Below are positions 1-10,940 of a stretch of 64,000 nt of DNA, in pieces (positions within the stretch are counted from its first letter, which is position 1; each line of letters opens with the position of its first letter). A model generated the notes under the pieces. The model did no database searches, was not told where the DNA came from, and worked only from the letters and a program-made list of their open reading frames with translations. Origin of the DNA: an uncultured Clostridia bacterium (GTDB lineage: Bacteria > Bacillota > Clostridia > Christensenellales > UBA1242); NCBI GenBank assembly GCA_944372355.1, contig CALVYS010000002.1:2831-66830 (forward strand), in the 5' to 3' direction. The position numbers and the translations under genes are program-made.

Positions 1-3000
1 ATCCTGATGTAAACACTTCCATCGGTCACGGTTTGAACAGGATTTTCGCTGCTTACTTGTTCTGGGTTGGCAAATGTTGGGTCAGCGCTCCATTCGATTG
101 TGCCAAAGTTCAATCCGCTGATCGCTTGGCCTAGATAAAGATTGCCATTGATCATAACTCCAGGGTTGATGTCAAATTCCAGCGGTTTTGGAGAGAATCT
201 AGCCGTGAGAGCAAGCGCTCCTGTTATTGTTGTTTGATAGGTTGCATTGGTTTCAACTCGACCTTCACCGATATACCAGCCGTCAAATTGATAACCAGGT
301 TTTGCAACTGCATTAAGTTCAAGCACTTCGTTGAAGAACAAGCCTTCTGACATGCTCGTGCCTGCATCACTGTCGGCAACCAGCACTGGTTCGCCTTCAA
401 CTATACGGTAAATTTCACCATGTCCAGAAACTTGTGCGGTGACTGTGAACACGCTGAATTTAAACACTGCGGTCAAAGTTCTTTCACCGGTGACAGTAAA
501 GCGGTAACTCAGATCAGTGCTGACAGGTTGCAATGCGTCAAGATCAATATGTCCGAATTCATCTTCTTGCAAAGCACCTTCAAACCAACCAACAAAGACA
601 TATCCTTGATTGTCTCCCATTGAAGCTGTGAAGGTTACATCTGTTCCAAAAGCAGCCGAGCCGCTTGGAGAAGTGCTAACTTCAAATCCTGATGCGTCCT
701 CTACAACCATGTTTTGAGAGTCAACCGCTTTGTAAGAAGCGTTCATGTTGTAATTGATTGGCGAAGATGTCAAGGTTATGCCAAAACTGTCTGTAAAGTT
801 TGTAAATGTGATGGTTCCGTCGTCATTTACAACAACGTCGATGCCTGTTGTTGCGGTTGCACCATTTGAGGCAAGTTGATAGCCTGTTGCGAACAACGGT
901 CTAATAACAAGAGGCGTGCCTGTGGAAACTGTAATGCTTGTCGCTCCTGCCCTGACGCCGCCTAAAATTATTTCAAAGCCGGTTATTCCTGCATCAAGTG
1001 AAACTGTTGCAGTGAACGCATTTGCCGAGGCTGTGAACACAAGATTTACGTTTTGTGTGAAGTTGGTCAATGTGTAAAGTCCGTTTTCACCAGGAGTTAC
1101 ACGTCCGTGATCGTTGCTTGTAAAGGTGACTGTGTAGCCAGCTTCTGGCAAGACTGTGATTTCAACCGTCTGTCCAGTTGATGCTGTGAATGAATAGCCA
1201 TTTTCTTCCTCGTCTGCTGAGACAACCGAATCGGCAACTTCAACAGTGATTGTTGCATGGCCAATTTGAACGTTGATTGTGTTTACATTTGGTGTTGCAG
1301 AAATCGAAAGCGTTCCATTTGCAGTGATGTTTGAAAGTGTTGCTGAAAATCCGTTTTCGGCCACTTGCAAATCATATCCTGCACTTTCCGTCCAATCAGG
1401 GTTGATTGTGTAACCTGCTGCGACTTGCACTGTGATGTTGTAGGTGTGCTCATGATCGAGCCAGTAAACTCCTCCGCCCGTGCTTGTCACAGGATCACCA
1501 CTTTCTTGTTCAGTGATTGTGATTGAAACATGATCGGTGGTGACTGTAAGCGAGTAAACTCCGACTGCCCATTCTGCTGAAAGCGTTATGTCTTCATCGT
1601 AAGCATAGATTGTGGAAGATGAGAATGTTTCCTCTCCGTAAATCCAGCCAAGGAAGTTGTAGCCTTCTCTTTCCACAGTTGGCAGCTCACCAACAGCTTG
1701 CCCGTATGTCACATCTATTGCCTCAGGCGCCTCTGGCTCCAAAGCACCATCTTCGTAATTAAGGTCGAAAGAAATCTGATGTGGTTTTGCCGCAAAATTG
1801 GTTGTCAAATTGATTGAAATGTCATTTGTGAAGCTTTCGTAGGCTTCCGCAACAAGGTCAACCAAAGTCATTTCGCTGTCCGTTGCAATAAAGGTGTCAC
1901 CCAAGCTCCAACCAGTGAAGTTGTAGCCTGTTAAGGTCGCCTCAGTCAAGAAATCAGTTGCATTGCCTGACAGATTGTCGAAGGTTATTGACCTTGTGAC
2001 AGCATTGCTTCCGCTTGCCGACCAGTTTGAAGAATCTGTGTATGCAACTTCTGCTCCCGAAGGATATAAGCTGCTGGTGTCAGAAGTGATTGTAAATGTT
2101 ATTCTGGCCGCACGGAAGTTGATGTTGATCGTTTGAGACTGTGTAACATGCTCAATGGTTTGTGGTTGAGAGAGCAGCACATAACCACTGTTTGCCGTGC
2201 CCGTGAATGTCACCGTGGTCCAATAGTCATAGGTGTGAACTTTTTCATGCACTGAGCCTTGTGGGCTTGCAAGATAAGTTCCCTGCACATCATTGATGTT
2301 TACTGTGATTTCGTAGGTTTCAATTTGCCATGTTGCAGTGATTGAAATCTCTCTTGATCCGTTGAGCACTCCTTCAAAGGCCTCTTCGATGGTTCCTGAA
2401 TTGAATGCTTCTTGGTTGTAGGTCCAACCAGTAAACTGATATCCCGTTTTTCCAGGAGCTGTAATCAAATCGAAAGCTTGTTCAGCCGTCCAGTCTTCCG
2501 TGAATGGGAAAGTGATTTCAAATCTGGTGGTGCCGATTGCTTGTGCACCATCAACGAATCCCGTTTCACCATTGTTGATGTCTGCAACGACAGTGATTGT
2601 CACGCTGTTGATCACACCTGTCGTGCTTGATGATTCAAGTTGATAGTTTGCATAGTCTGCGCCAGAAAGTGTGATTGTGACACCAATGTCTTGGCCTGGC
2701 ATCTCGCTTGCGTAAGTTGCGCTGGCACTGACATCATCACCAAGCAGCACGCTATTTAAAGTGAAGCTCTGTTCGACAATGTTGTCCATGTCGTAATCTT
2801 TCACGATTTCTGAGTTAGGTGTTGCGGTGATTGACAATCTGTTTACTGTGATTTCAAAGGTTGTGTTTGAAACTGTGTAGTAATCAGAGGTTGCATTGAC
2901 TTGAAGCGTCCACCTGCCTTGGTTCAAGAAACCACCTGTTGAGTAAACCGCGCTTGTGATGGAGACGTCAAAGTCGACATATGATGGATAAACCGAATTG

Positions 3001-6000
3001 TCATCGACTCTGCCATCGAGCACTATTGCTGAAAGGTCACTGCTTGAAAGTTGTCCATAGGTGAAGGTGTTTCCAGTCAATGAAATTGAAATTGTTTTGT
3101 CAGACTTTGTGATCGTTCCTGTGTGAGGTCCTGCATCGATTGAGTAGTTTGATGCAAGTCCCGTGGAGGTGCTCACAAGGCTGATTCCGCTCATTGCATG
3201 CGTTGCATCTGAAAGTGTGACGTCCGCACTTGCAAAGGTTGCGGTGACATCGATGCTCTCGCCTTCAACCAGACCTTGAATGCTTACGTTGTGGTTTTCT
3301 GTGCGAGAATCAAAGCTTGTCGTTTGATCAAATTGTTTTGTAAAGTTTGAAAGTGTGAGCTCTTTTGCTGTGATGTCAACTTTGGCCGCTGATGCATTTG
3401 CAAAGATGAAACCACCTGCAAAAGTGTCGTTGATTCCACTTGCTGTGATGTAGTAAGATCCCACATCTTTTCCTGCACTCGTGATTGAGAATGTGATGCC
3501 AGAGAAGGACTCCATTATCACGTTTTGATCTTCCACTGCTTCTCCACCAGGAGTAACATGGTAGAACGAACCGAGAGTAAGCTTTCCCCATTCTTGATCA
3601 TCACTCGACACAACCAGTTGGAAGGTGCCGGCATTCTCAACAACGGTTACAGAAGTTGGAGCTTTTCCGTCATAAATATGTGAAATGCTGCCCGAAACTT
3701 CCGCTCTCAAAGCAAGTCCCTCTATGCCAGTGATTTCAAACAGGTTGTTGCCCTCTTCTGTAAGAGAAACTTTGTAGTTTGGATCCTGTGATTTAGCACC
3801 TTTGAGGTCGTAACGCCCAACATCTTCGCCTAGGCCTCTATCGGTGAACGTCACTTCAAAGGTTTCACCAATGCCATCGATCGTCATGCGAAGCTCTGGG
3901 TCTTGCGAGCCATAAACCTTGGTGAGTGGATCGAGATCAAGCTCATCTAAGTTTACAGGGTGAGGATTTACAGTGAAGGTGAAAGAGAACGCTCCTGTGA
4001 AGTTGTAAACATTTTCTGTGTCTGACGCCCAAGCGAAGGTGATCTCATATGTTCCTGCATCAGTGATGTCAGAAACCACTTGACTGCCATCTTTTGTTAT
4101 TGTGGTCACAAGCGTTTTGCTTGAAAGAGAATTCAAAGCATAAAGCTCAGCAAGCGTCATTTGTTGTGTGTCATCAAGCTCCGGATTTGCTGTGTTTGAA
4201 GCTTTCCAGGTAAACGAGATGTCTTCCATAAAGCTTGCATTTTTGTAAGTTTCAGAAGTTGTCTGTGGAGCTGTCAAACTTATCGAAGTTTCCACAAAGT
4301 TGATTGTGAAGTCAACTTTGGAAGAAGTGCTGTTGAAGTTTGAAGAATTTGCAGTTACAACCACACTGTAATCACCATTGTTTGAGGTGTTTGCTGTGAT
4401 GGTTGAAATCGACTCTTCACCCTTGAACCATTGATATGAATAAGTGATTCCCGCTTCTGCTCCATCGTTTTCAACCGACACACGGTTTTCAAACTCTGAG
4501 AAGTTGTAGTTGCCTTCAAATGCAGCCAGATTCCAAGTGGTTGGATCCACGCTTGCAATCGGATCTTCCAAACCGAATGTGGCTTGAAGTGCAACCGTTG
4601 GTTTTGCAGGAATTGTCACTTGTTTTCCGTCAACCTCTGCTGATCCGCCAACTTCTGCAAGACCATCAAAGGTGTAAAGGTCATAGTCTACTCCGCCGTC
4701 GTTCATGGTCAACTGTCCGCCGATTGGAGCAAACACTGAATAATTTACAAAGCCTGAGTTGAGTGCAGCGCCCGTGTCAGAAACCGAGGAGAAGGTTACA
4801 TATGCTGCATCTGTGTAAATCGCGTTGTAAGCTGTTGCAGTCTGTTGCCCTGTTGTGACTTCAATTGGCAGAGTCACTTGTGTTGAAGATGGGAACTGTT
4901 GAAGTGTGCGCAATGCTGTTTCATAGGAGCTTGCATTGCCTTCAACCCATGGCAAGAAGCCAATAAAGTGGCGATTTTCCTGTGGAGTCAAGCTTGCAAC
5001 AGAAAGCGTTACATTGACCACAGAAGGTGTTGCGTAAAGAATTGGAGAAGCACCATTTTCATTGATTTGGAAAACAAAGGTGCCGTTGTGATAGAAGCTT
5101 CCGCTTTCTCCATTTGTTTGAATAACTTGTGAGTTTCCGCCAACCTGAACGGTTACAGAATTTATCGTGATTTCATATCCTGAAACCTCAACAATGTTGG
5201 TTGCCGTCAAGTTTGCGCTGCCTCCTGCTGTGGCAGAAAGATATGAAGATCCAAAGTCGTAAGCCTCATAGCCAGATTCGTCAATCACAACAAAGTCGCC
5301 ATTGACAAAGAGTGAGATGTTTGCTGGCACAAAGTCGCCCAATGTCAAGCCCGAGGTTGCTCCGATTGCTTGATAGCTTCCATTTTCTTGTCTTTGAACA
5401 GTGTAATATTCAGTTTCAGAAGCGTAAGCACGATACTCTGTCACAAGCAAATTGCCTTCCAAGAAGCTGTATGTGCCAGCAGCAGTGCTGTTTGGCTGAA
5501 CTGTTGCAACAATTCTTTCAAATTCTTGTCCTGGAACATCTTCGCAAGTCAAGGTGAATGTGTAGCTCTCCCCTTCAATGCCGGTGTTTTCGCTCATGTT
5601 CAAAACTGTCGCAGGAGCATAAAGAACCGGAGGGAATATTTCGTCGCCGAACCTTATTTCTAATCCAGCAAGATATTCTTTTGTGAAAACAACATAGTAT
5701 TCGCCGTCGATCACACTGACATCTGCATAGTTTGAGATGTCAAAGGTGTCAGCGACTGTGAGTTTGAAGGCCACATAATGAAGCCCTGCGTTCGAGTCTT
5801 GTCTGATTTCTGTGAAAATGTTTTCACCTGTGTATGAGCCTGGAAGAATGGTGACAATCTCTGCGCTTGTGACATTAGCGTCGGTCACGGAAACATTGTC
5901 CTTCCAAATGTTCGCATCAGAATTGATGTCGATGTAGTATGGCATAGCGCTGGCAGTAAGATAGAAATATGCAATTAAACTTGGATCGGTGCTATCGCCT

Positions 6001-9000
6001 GTGAGAAGGGTGTCAGTTACATTTGTCTTTATCCAGTCGATCGAAAGATTGTCGATGAAAGAATTGAATGTCTCTGCTGCTGGCAGTTCTTCAATAAAGC
6101 CCTCCGCTGCTGCTGCATAAGCATCTTTAAATACCTGAGCCTGAGTTTGATCTGCAAGAACCAAAGTCAACAAGGTTTTCAGTGTGACTTTAATCAAAGA
6201 GCCCTGTGTCTCACTATCTGAAAGCCAAGCATTGTAATCTTGCCAACTGTTCAGATTTACAAACCTTTGAACAAGCTCTGAGTCATCTTCAAGAAGTTCA
6301 AGAATCGATTGATTGTAGCTTAAAATTTCCTTCGCAGTAAAGTAAGCTGGATAGAAGAAGAATGGCTCACAAGCACTTGTGTCAAATTCAAAATCAATTT
6401 TGCCTGGGTTGATGGTCACTGTTGTGATTGCAGTGATCTGTTTTTCTGCCGCAAGCACAGGAATGGAAATCAAATCTTGAATCGTGTAAGTCAAACGATA
6501 TTGGCCAGACTGAGAAACCTTTGCAACATCGATTGAGTAAGCATTTGAGCTGCCCTCAAATGGTTGCCACGAACTGCCGTCTGCACCGCCATATTCCCAT
6601 GTGGCTTTGCTCAAAGCAATGCCAGAATCGCTTGGGAGAGATGTGCTTGTGGAATTGATTGTGTAGGTTGCCTCATTGAATCCCACCTGCACTTCAAACG
6701 ATGGATTGGCCATGTTTCCATAGGTGCCAGTAAATTGAGTGATGCTGTCGATGTTTGGCTCGTCTGCTGCAAAAGCCCATTTGATGTAGAGAGTCAAGAT
6801 TGCGCTTTCATCATCAAAATTAAAATCTGTGAAGAAGGTTGTGTTGAAGATTGTGTCATCTGAGATTTCAACTTTTAATTCATAAACAAGTCCACCTGCT
6901 GTTTGTGTTTGAACCACATAGTTTAAGGATTCGATTTCATAGCCTTCTCTTGAAACTATGCCAGCTTCGATCATGCCGGGAACCATATCTCCAAGATTTG
7001 TGCCATATGGAACTTCGCCCGTGAAATATGTGCCATCATGTGAAACATCGCCTGGTTGTGAAATCGTTCCTCCGTTTGCATAAACGCGAAGGTCATAGCC
7101 TTTTTCGTTAAACACGGCCGACGCATTTTGGTTTTCTGTGTAGTTGTTGAAAACTGTCTCTGCGTTGATTCCGGTGGAGCCAATTTGCCATCCGCTGAAA
7201 TTGTAGCCTGTTTTCTCCGCTGTTGGCAGTGTGCCAATCGGTTGTCCGTAGGTGACGATGATATACCAACCATCATCTGCGTTTCCCTGTAAAAGCGAAG
7301 TGTCTGTGATCGATTCGCCCTCGCCGAGCACGAAGTAAAGATTATAGTTGTTTGCATTGTATGTTCTTGTCACCGTGATCGTGTTTGTTCCACCAGCGTT
7401 GACAACGCTTGTTATGCCGTTGAAACTTGCAAAATCAAGGAAATAGTTGGCCTGGTCTTCGGTAAGGCTGCTGTCCTGAACCGTGTAGTTGTTGCCCGAT
7501 AAAGCAAAGCTCCAGCCAACAGGCGTGTGCCCTGTTTTTGCAAAGCCTGCCATGATTTCTGTGACATCGATTGGTTGATCATAATAATAAGTTAAGCTTT
7601 CATTATTGCCAGTTGCTCCCTCACCTGCGGTGAAAGTGACTTGCGCTGAGTAAGGCGCCGACAAAATTTCGATATGCCAGCCGGTTTGGGTGAACATATT
7701 CAAAATTTCCTCGTTTTCTGCAAGCGCTGCCCTGTAACCCGAGAAGCTGGTTGCGCCGGTGCCAAAAGTATAGAAACCTGTTGTGCCATTTGCTATGTCA
7801 GCAGAAGATGGCCCGATAAGCACACGCGAGAGTCCATAACCTGCAAGCATCTGCAAGCTGAACGAACCGCTGTCTGGCTGAGCATAGGTGAAAGTGATTT
7901 GACTCACACCGTTTGCAACGGTTGCCAAATTCTTTCCGGCATCATGCACGCTTCCATCAAGTTCGTAATAAGTGCCGTTGCTGATTGTAACAGTTGTGGT
8001 TTTGCCTCGAACAACTGCATAGATTCCAAGATTGGAGGCTGGTGCCGGATCGATTGTGCAATTCTTTTCAAGTGAAATAACTGTGCCGTTTGAATAATAC
8101 CAGCCAACAAACTCGTAATATTGTGAAATCAAGTTCAATTTAAGTTGAAGCTGGTCGCCATAATTATAGGTTGTTGTGAGCCCTTCAAATGAAATGATTG
8201 AAGCCAGCTCATCAGCATCTGTGATTGGATTTCCCTCAGCATCTAAAATCGGATTTGCAACCGATCCGCTGAATGGGAATCCGCCAGTGTAGGTGGCAGT
8301 GTAATTCACTTTTGCAAATGTGGCTGTGATTTGATACTCTCCTGCGCTTGCGATTCCTGAAAGAATCCAGGTTGTTTTATCTTGCTTGGTAAGGCTTCCC
8401 CCTTCCGTCCCTGTGAGGGTAAGGTTTGAAATTTGATAATATGCGTTGTTTGTGACAGTTATTGTCACGCTGTCTGAAACGATAAGGTTGTTCCAAGAAG
8501 CATTTTCGCCAGTTGAAACCGTTTGCGATCCAGACCTGATTGAAATTGTGCCTGGTTTTGCATTCGCATCATTGATGTATGTTTGATAGTCGAAAGTGAG
8601 TGACGCTGTGAAAACTCTTGATTTTGCAACGATGGTGATGCTTGGATCTTCTCCGATGGTTGTGACATCGATGGCAAAAGTTTTGACATTGTCGTCACCT
8701 GTTGGTGAATTGACTTGTGTAAGGTCGTTTACTTGATATGTGTCATATTCATAGTTTCCAACAATGGTTGCAACAAGGTTGAAAGTTTCTTCAACTTTTG
8801 TTGTGATCACGTAATTTCCATCTGAACCAGAAATCGAAGTTTGCGTTGAATCGTGTCCGCTGAGAGCAAGCGTGAAGTTTTCTGCCGTCACAGGAATTGA
8901 AATCGTGCTTCTTCTGATTTCAACATTGATTGTGGCATCTGCTGAGATGATTCCATCAACGGTGATGGTGTGAATTCCACTGCCTGCGTCATATTCATAT

Positions 9001-10763
9001 GAAATGGTTGGTGTGCTGGTCAAGAAAGAGTCTGCCCCACCTGCACCACCAGAAATGGTTGGCGTTCCAACGATTTCATAACCTGAATTGAGTTTGAAGG
9101 AGAACTTAACCTCTTCATCAGCAAAGGCTCGGAAGGTGTATTGACCATTCGTGGTGCCATTTTCAATGATTGAAATCGTATCATCATCAGCAAAGTCCGT
9201 GTTGGTGTAAACGGCCGAGAGGTTTGTCATGGCATCAAGGCTTGCTTTTGCATCGTTTGAGTTGCCAAATGCCACAACCGTGTTGACAGGTTCACCCTGC
9301 CATTCTGCATACAAAGCAACGTTGATTTCATTTAATCCATCTTGATCCCACTGAACAGCGGTTTCGCCCTGTGGATAGGTGGCAGTGATCTCCTTGTTGA
9401 TGTAATCTTCGTCCCATTTAATGATCGCTTCATAAATGACGTCGTCACCGCCTCTGGTTTCTGTGAGTTTTAAAAGGCTGTAACCAGGAAGCGTTTGAAG
9501 CATATCTGCAAGCTCTGACCAAGATTGGTTATAACTCAAAGATTCTGTTGCAGTGAGCTCTTGTTCTGGATTTGAAGGGTCGTTAAAGCCAGTGTAAACT
9601 GTTATATTGTAAGAAAGGTCTTTCCAGTCGGCAACTATAAAGTTGTAATCTTTAAGGCTTTCAGGCACACCTGCCAAATAGCCTGCTATATTATTATAAT
9701 AGGTTGGAGACTCCGCGCTGTCCATGCCGTTTTTGAGGCCGAGCATCTTTTTGCCCAACGCAACGCCTTCTATAATAAGGTCGCCTTCGACAAAGCTTTC
9801 AGCGTCAACAGCCTTTGGCAATTCGGTGTGATATTTTTCAGAATAAAGTCCAACTGTGGCATTGTCGATCACGCTTCCGTCGCTGCTGACCAAAATTCTG
9901 TAACTTCCAATATCGGTTTTGCCCTCATCGCCATAGGCATAAATGATGCCAGTTTCGTCATCAACCACGTAAATGCTTTTGCCCACGATGTTGAGTCCGC
10001 CAGAGATGCTTGCATAATTGAACTGAACCGATCCAATTTTTGCATTGTAATTTGCAGGTGTGTAAATGTTGCCCTCATGTGTGAAGCTGTCGCCAGCATA
10101 GATCGTCACGCCATTTCCAATGTCGCCAAAGGTTTGAATTTCTGACAAGACGGACGATGGAAAGCTTACAAACGCCATATCATAGATGTCAGCAAGCACG
10201 GCGTTTTCAACATAGCCCGCAAGCCTTCCGGAATAAATGGTCGGAGTGTCGCCAGTGTAAGAATAAGCGAACTCATCGATCACCACGTCGTAGATCGCAC
10301 CGCCGGAAACTTTACCAAACAAGCCAAAATGAAGATTATCTGAGGAAGCTGAATCAGGAGAGATGATCCCTGAGATCGTATAGCCGTTTCCGTTAAACCT
10401 TCCACTAAATGGAACTGTATCGGTTCCAATTGGTGTCCAAAGTTGTCCAGAAAGATCTATGTCACCTGCAAGCACATAATTTGCCGAAGCCCAAGATGTG
10501 TCGCCTCTGTAAGAAACTGCATAAGCAACATCGGCCAAATCATTTGCCGAAGAAATTATGTAAAAGGTTTGGCCATCAATCGTGGTGGAAGCAAGCCCAG
10601 AGGCAGAAATCTCCACACTAGGATCCGCAGCCCTAACCGTCGACTTTTCATCTATCGTTTTGTTTGCAAAGTTTGGCAGCAACACAAAAACGCCCAGCCC
10701 ACACGTTAAAAACGCAAAGACTATGGCGAAGACCAAACTTGTCAGCTTTTTAGATTTTGACAT
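1..10763 (-). CDS. Giant cell-surface protein, N-terminal >3,587 codons (gene continues past the left edge): signal-anchor, GLUG/beta-helix-like head, then a long beta-rich repeat region
   Basis: ATG at 10763-10761 with SD TAAGGAGAG (10768-10776). My translation of the start reads MSKSKKLTSLVFAIVFAFLTCGLGVFVLLPNFANK...DGQTFYIISSANDLADVAYAV...WTPIGTDTVPFSGRFNGNGYTISGI...HFGLFGKVSGG. I hand-checked the frame as open at 3-62, 4740-4787, 6960-7019 and 9300-9479. The ORF track lists only short ORFs in the other two minus frames and none in this frame, as expected for an ORF with no stop inside the window. Confidence 0.85.
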   Translation of the reverse strand, partial: MSKSKKLTSLVFAIVFAFLTCGLGVFVLLPNFANKTIDEKSTVRAADPSVEISASGLASTTIDGQTFYIISSANDLADVAYAVSYRGDTSWASANYVLAGDIDLSGQLWTPIGTDTVPFSGRFNGNGYTISGIISPDSASSDNLHFGLFGKVSGGAIYDVVIDEFAYSYTGDTPTIYSGRLAGYVENAVLADIYDMAFVSFPSSVLSEIQTFGDIGNGVTIYAGDSFTHEGNIYTPANYNAKIGSVQFNYASISGGLNIVGKSIYVVDDETGIIYAYGDEGKTDIGSYRILVSSDGSVIDNATVGLYSEKYHTELPKAVDAESFVEGDLIIEGVALGKKMLGLKNGMDSAESPTYYNNIAGYLAGVPESLKDYNFIVADWKDLSYNITVYTGFNDPSNPEQELTATESLSYNQSWSELADMLQTLPGYSLLKLTETRGGDDVIYEAIIKWDEDYINKEITATYPQGETAVQWDQDGLNEINVALYAEWQGEPVNTVVAFGNSNDAKASLDAMTNLSAVYTNTDFADDDTISIIENGTTNGQYTFRAFADEEVKFSFKLNSGYEIVGTPTISGGAGGADSFLTSTPTISYEYDAGSGIHTITVDGIISADATINVEIRRSTISIPVTAENFTLALSGHDSTQTSISGSDGNYVITTKVEETFNLVATIVGNYEYDTYQVNDLTQVNSPTGDDNVKTFAIDVTTIGEDPSITIVAKSRVFTASLTFDYQTYINDANAKPGTISIRSGSQTVSTGENASWNNLIVSDSVTITVTNNAYYQISNLTLTGTEGGSLTKQDKTTWILSGIASAGEYQITATFAKVNYTATYTGGFPFSGSVANPILDAEGNPITDADELASIISFEGLTTTYNYGDQLQLKLNLISQYYEFVGWYYSNGTVISLEKNCTIDPAPASNLGIYAVVRGKTTTVTISNGTYYELDGSVHDAGKNLATVANGVSQITFTYAQPDSGSFSLQMLAGYGLSRVLIGPSSADIANGTTGFYTFGTGATSFSGYRAALAENEEILNMFTQTGWHIEILSAPYSAQVTFTAGEGATGNNESLTYYYDQPIDVTEIMAGFAKTGHTPVGWSFALSGNNYTVQDSSLTEDQANYFLDFASFNGITSVVNAGGTNTITVTRTYNANNYNLYFVLGEGESITDTSLLQGNADDGWYIIVTYGQPIGTLPTAEKTGYNFSGWQIGSTGINAETVFNNYTENQNASAVFNEKGYDLRVYANGGTISQPGDVSHDGTYFTGEVPYGTNLGDMVPGMIEAGIVSREGYEIESLNYVVQTQTAGGLVYELKVEISDDTIFNTTFFTDFNFDDESAILTLYIKWAFAADEPNIDSITQFTGTYGNMANPSFEVQVGFNEATYTINSTSTSLPSDSGIALSKATWEYGGADGSSWQPFEGSSNAYSIDVAKVSQSGQYRLTYTIQDLISIPVLAAEKQITAITTVTINPGKIDFEFDTSACEPFFFYPAYFTAKEILSYNQSILELLEDDSELVQRFVNLNSWQDYNAWLSDSETQGSLIKVTLKTLLTLVLADQTQAQVFKDAYAAAAEGFIEELPAAETFNSFIDNLSIDWIKTNVTDTLLTGDSTDPSLIAYFYLTASAMPYYIDINSDANIWKDNVSVTDANVTSAEIVTILPGSYTGENIFTEIRQDSNAGLHYVAFKLTVADTFDISNYADVSVIDGEYYVVFTKEYLAGLEIRFGDEIFPPVLYAPATVLNMSENTGIEGESYTFTLTCEDVPGQEFERIVATVQPNSTAAGTYSFLEGNLLVTEYRAYASETEYYTVQRQENGSYQAIGATSGLTLGDFVPANISLFVNGDFVVIDESGYEAYDFGSSYLSATAGGSANLTATNIVEVSGYEITINSVTVQVGGNSQVIQTNGESGSFYHNGTFVFQINENGASPILYATPSVVNVTLSVASLTPQENRHFIGFLPWVEGNASSYETALRTLQQFPSSTQVTLPIEVTTGQQTATAYNAIYTDAAYVTFSSVSDTGAALNSGFVNYSVFAPIGGQLTMNDGGVDYDLYTFDGLAEVGGSAEVDGKQVTIPAKPTVALQATFGLEDPIASVDPTTWNLAAFEGNYNFSEFENRVSVENDGAEAGITYSYQWFKGEESISTITANTSNNGDYSVVVTANSSNFNSTSSKVDFTINFVETSISLTAPQTTSETYKNASFMEDISFTWKASNTANPELDDTQQMTLAELYALNSLSSKTLVTTITKDGSQVVSDITDAGTYEITFAWASDTENVYNFTGAFSFTFTVNPHPVNLDELDLDPLTKVYGSQDPELRMTIDGIGETFEVTFTDRGLGEDVGRYDLKGAKSQDPNYKVSLTEEGNNLFEITGIEGLALRAEVSGSISHIYDGKAPTSVTVVENAGTFQLVVSSDDQEWGKLTLGSFYHVTPGGEAVEDQNVIMESFSGITFSITSAGKDVGSYYITASGINDTFAGGFIFANASAAKVDITAKELTLSNFTKQFDQTTSFDSRTENHNVSIQGLVEGESIDVTATFASADVTLSDATHAMSGISLVSTSTGLASNYSIDAGPHTGTITKSDKTISISLTGNTFTYGQLSSSDLSAIVLDGRVDDNSVYPSYVDFDVSITSAVYSTGGFLNQGRWTLQVNATSDYYTVSNTTFEITVNRLSITATPNSEIVKDYDMDNIVEQSFTLNSVLLGDDVSASATYASEMPGQDIGVTITLSGADYANYQLESSSTTGVINSVTITVVADINNGETGFVDGAQAIGTTRFEITFPFTEDWTAEQAFDLITAPGKTGYQFTGWTYNQEAFNSGTIEEAFEGVLNGSREISITATWQIETYEITVNINDVQGTYLASPQGSVHEKVHTYDYWTTVTFTGTANSGYVLLSQPQTIEHVTQSQTININFRAARITFTITSDTSSLYPSGAEVAYTDSSNWSASGSNAVTRSITFDNLSGNATDFLTEATLTGYNFTGWSLGDTFIATDSEMTLVDLVAEAYESFTNDISINLTTNFAAKPHQISFDLNYEDGALEPEAPEAIDVTYGQAVGELPTVEREGYNFLGWIYGEETFSSSTIYAYDEDITLSAEWAVGVYSLTVTTDHVSITITEQESGDPVTSTGGGVYWLDHEHTYNITVQVAAGYTINPDWTESAGYDLQVAENGFSATLSNITANGTLSISATPNVNTINVQIGHATITVEVADSVVSADEEENGYSFTASTGQTVEITVLPEAGYTVTFTSNDHGRVTPGENGLYTLTNFTQNVNLVFTASANAFTATVSLDAGITGFEIILGGVRAGATSITVSTGTPLVIRPLFATGYQLASNGATATTGIDVVVNDDGTITFTNFTDSFGITLTSSPINYNMNASYKAVDSQNMVVEDASGFEVSTSPSGSAAFGTDVTFTASMGDNQGYVFVGWFEGALQEDEFGHIDLDALQPVSTDLSYRFTVTGERTLTAVFKFSVFTVTAQVSGHGEIYRIVEGEPVLVADSDAGTSMSEGLFFNEVLELNAVAKPGYQFDGWYIGEGRVETNATYQTTITGALALTARFSPKPLEFDINPGVMINGNLYLGQAISGLNFGTIEWSADPTFANPEQVSSENPVQTVTDGSVYIR

Positions 10764-10940
10764 AAATCTCTCCTTATAAAAAAATCTTTAATAAAGATTT
10801 TGTTACAAGTTAAGTATAGCACAACACAAAAAAAATAACCAAATAATTCGACCTTTTTTCACAAAAATTTTACCAGTCTCTCACATTTGTTTTTTCACAA
10901 TTTTGCATTTTTATTTTTTTAGTTTTCAAGCTCAAAAAAT

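Noticed and set aside
420-10779. About 20 short plus- and minus-strand ORFs are listed within 1-10763, for example 7674..8075, 6971..7357 and 9828..10145.
   Set aside because: All overlap the long open minus frame that starts at 10763, lack SDs and have low-complexity or Cys/Arg-rich translations. They are antisense or off-frame shadows.
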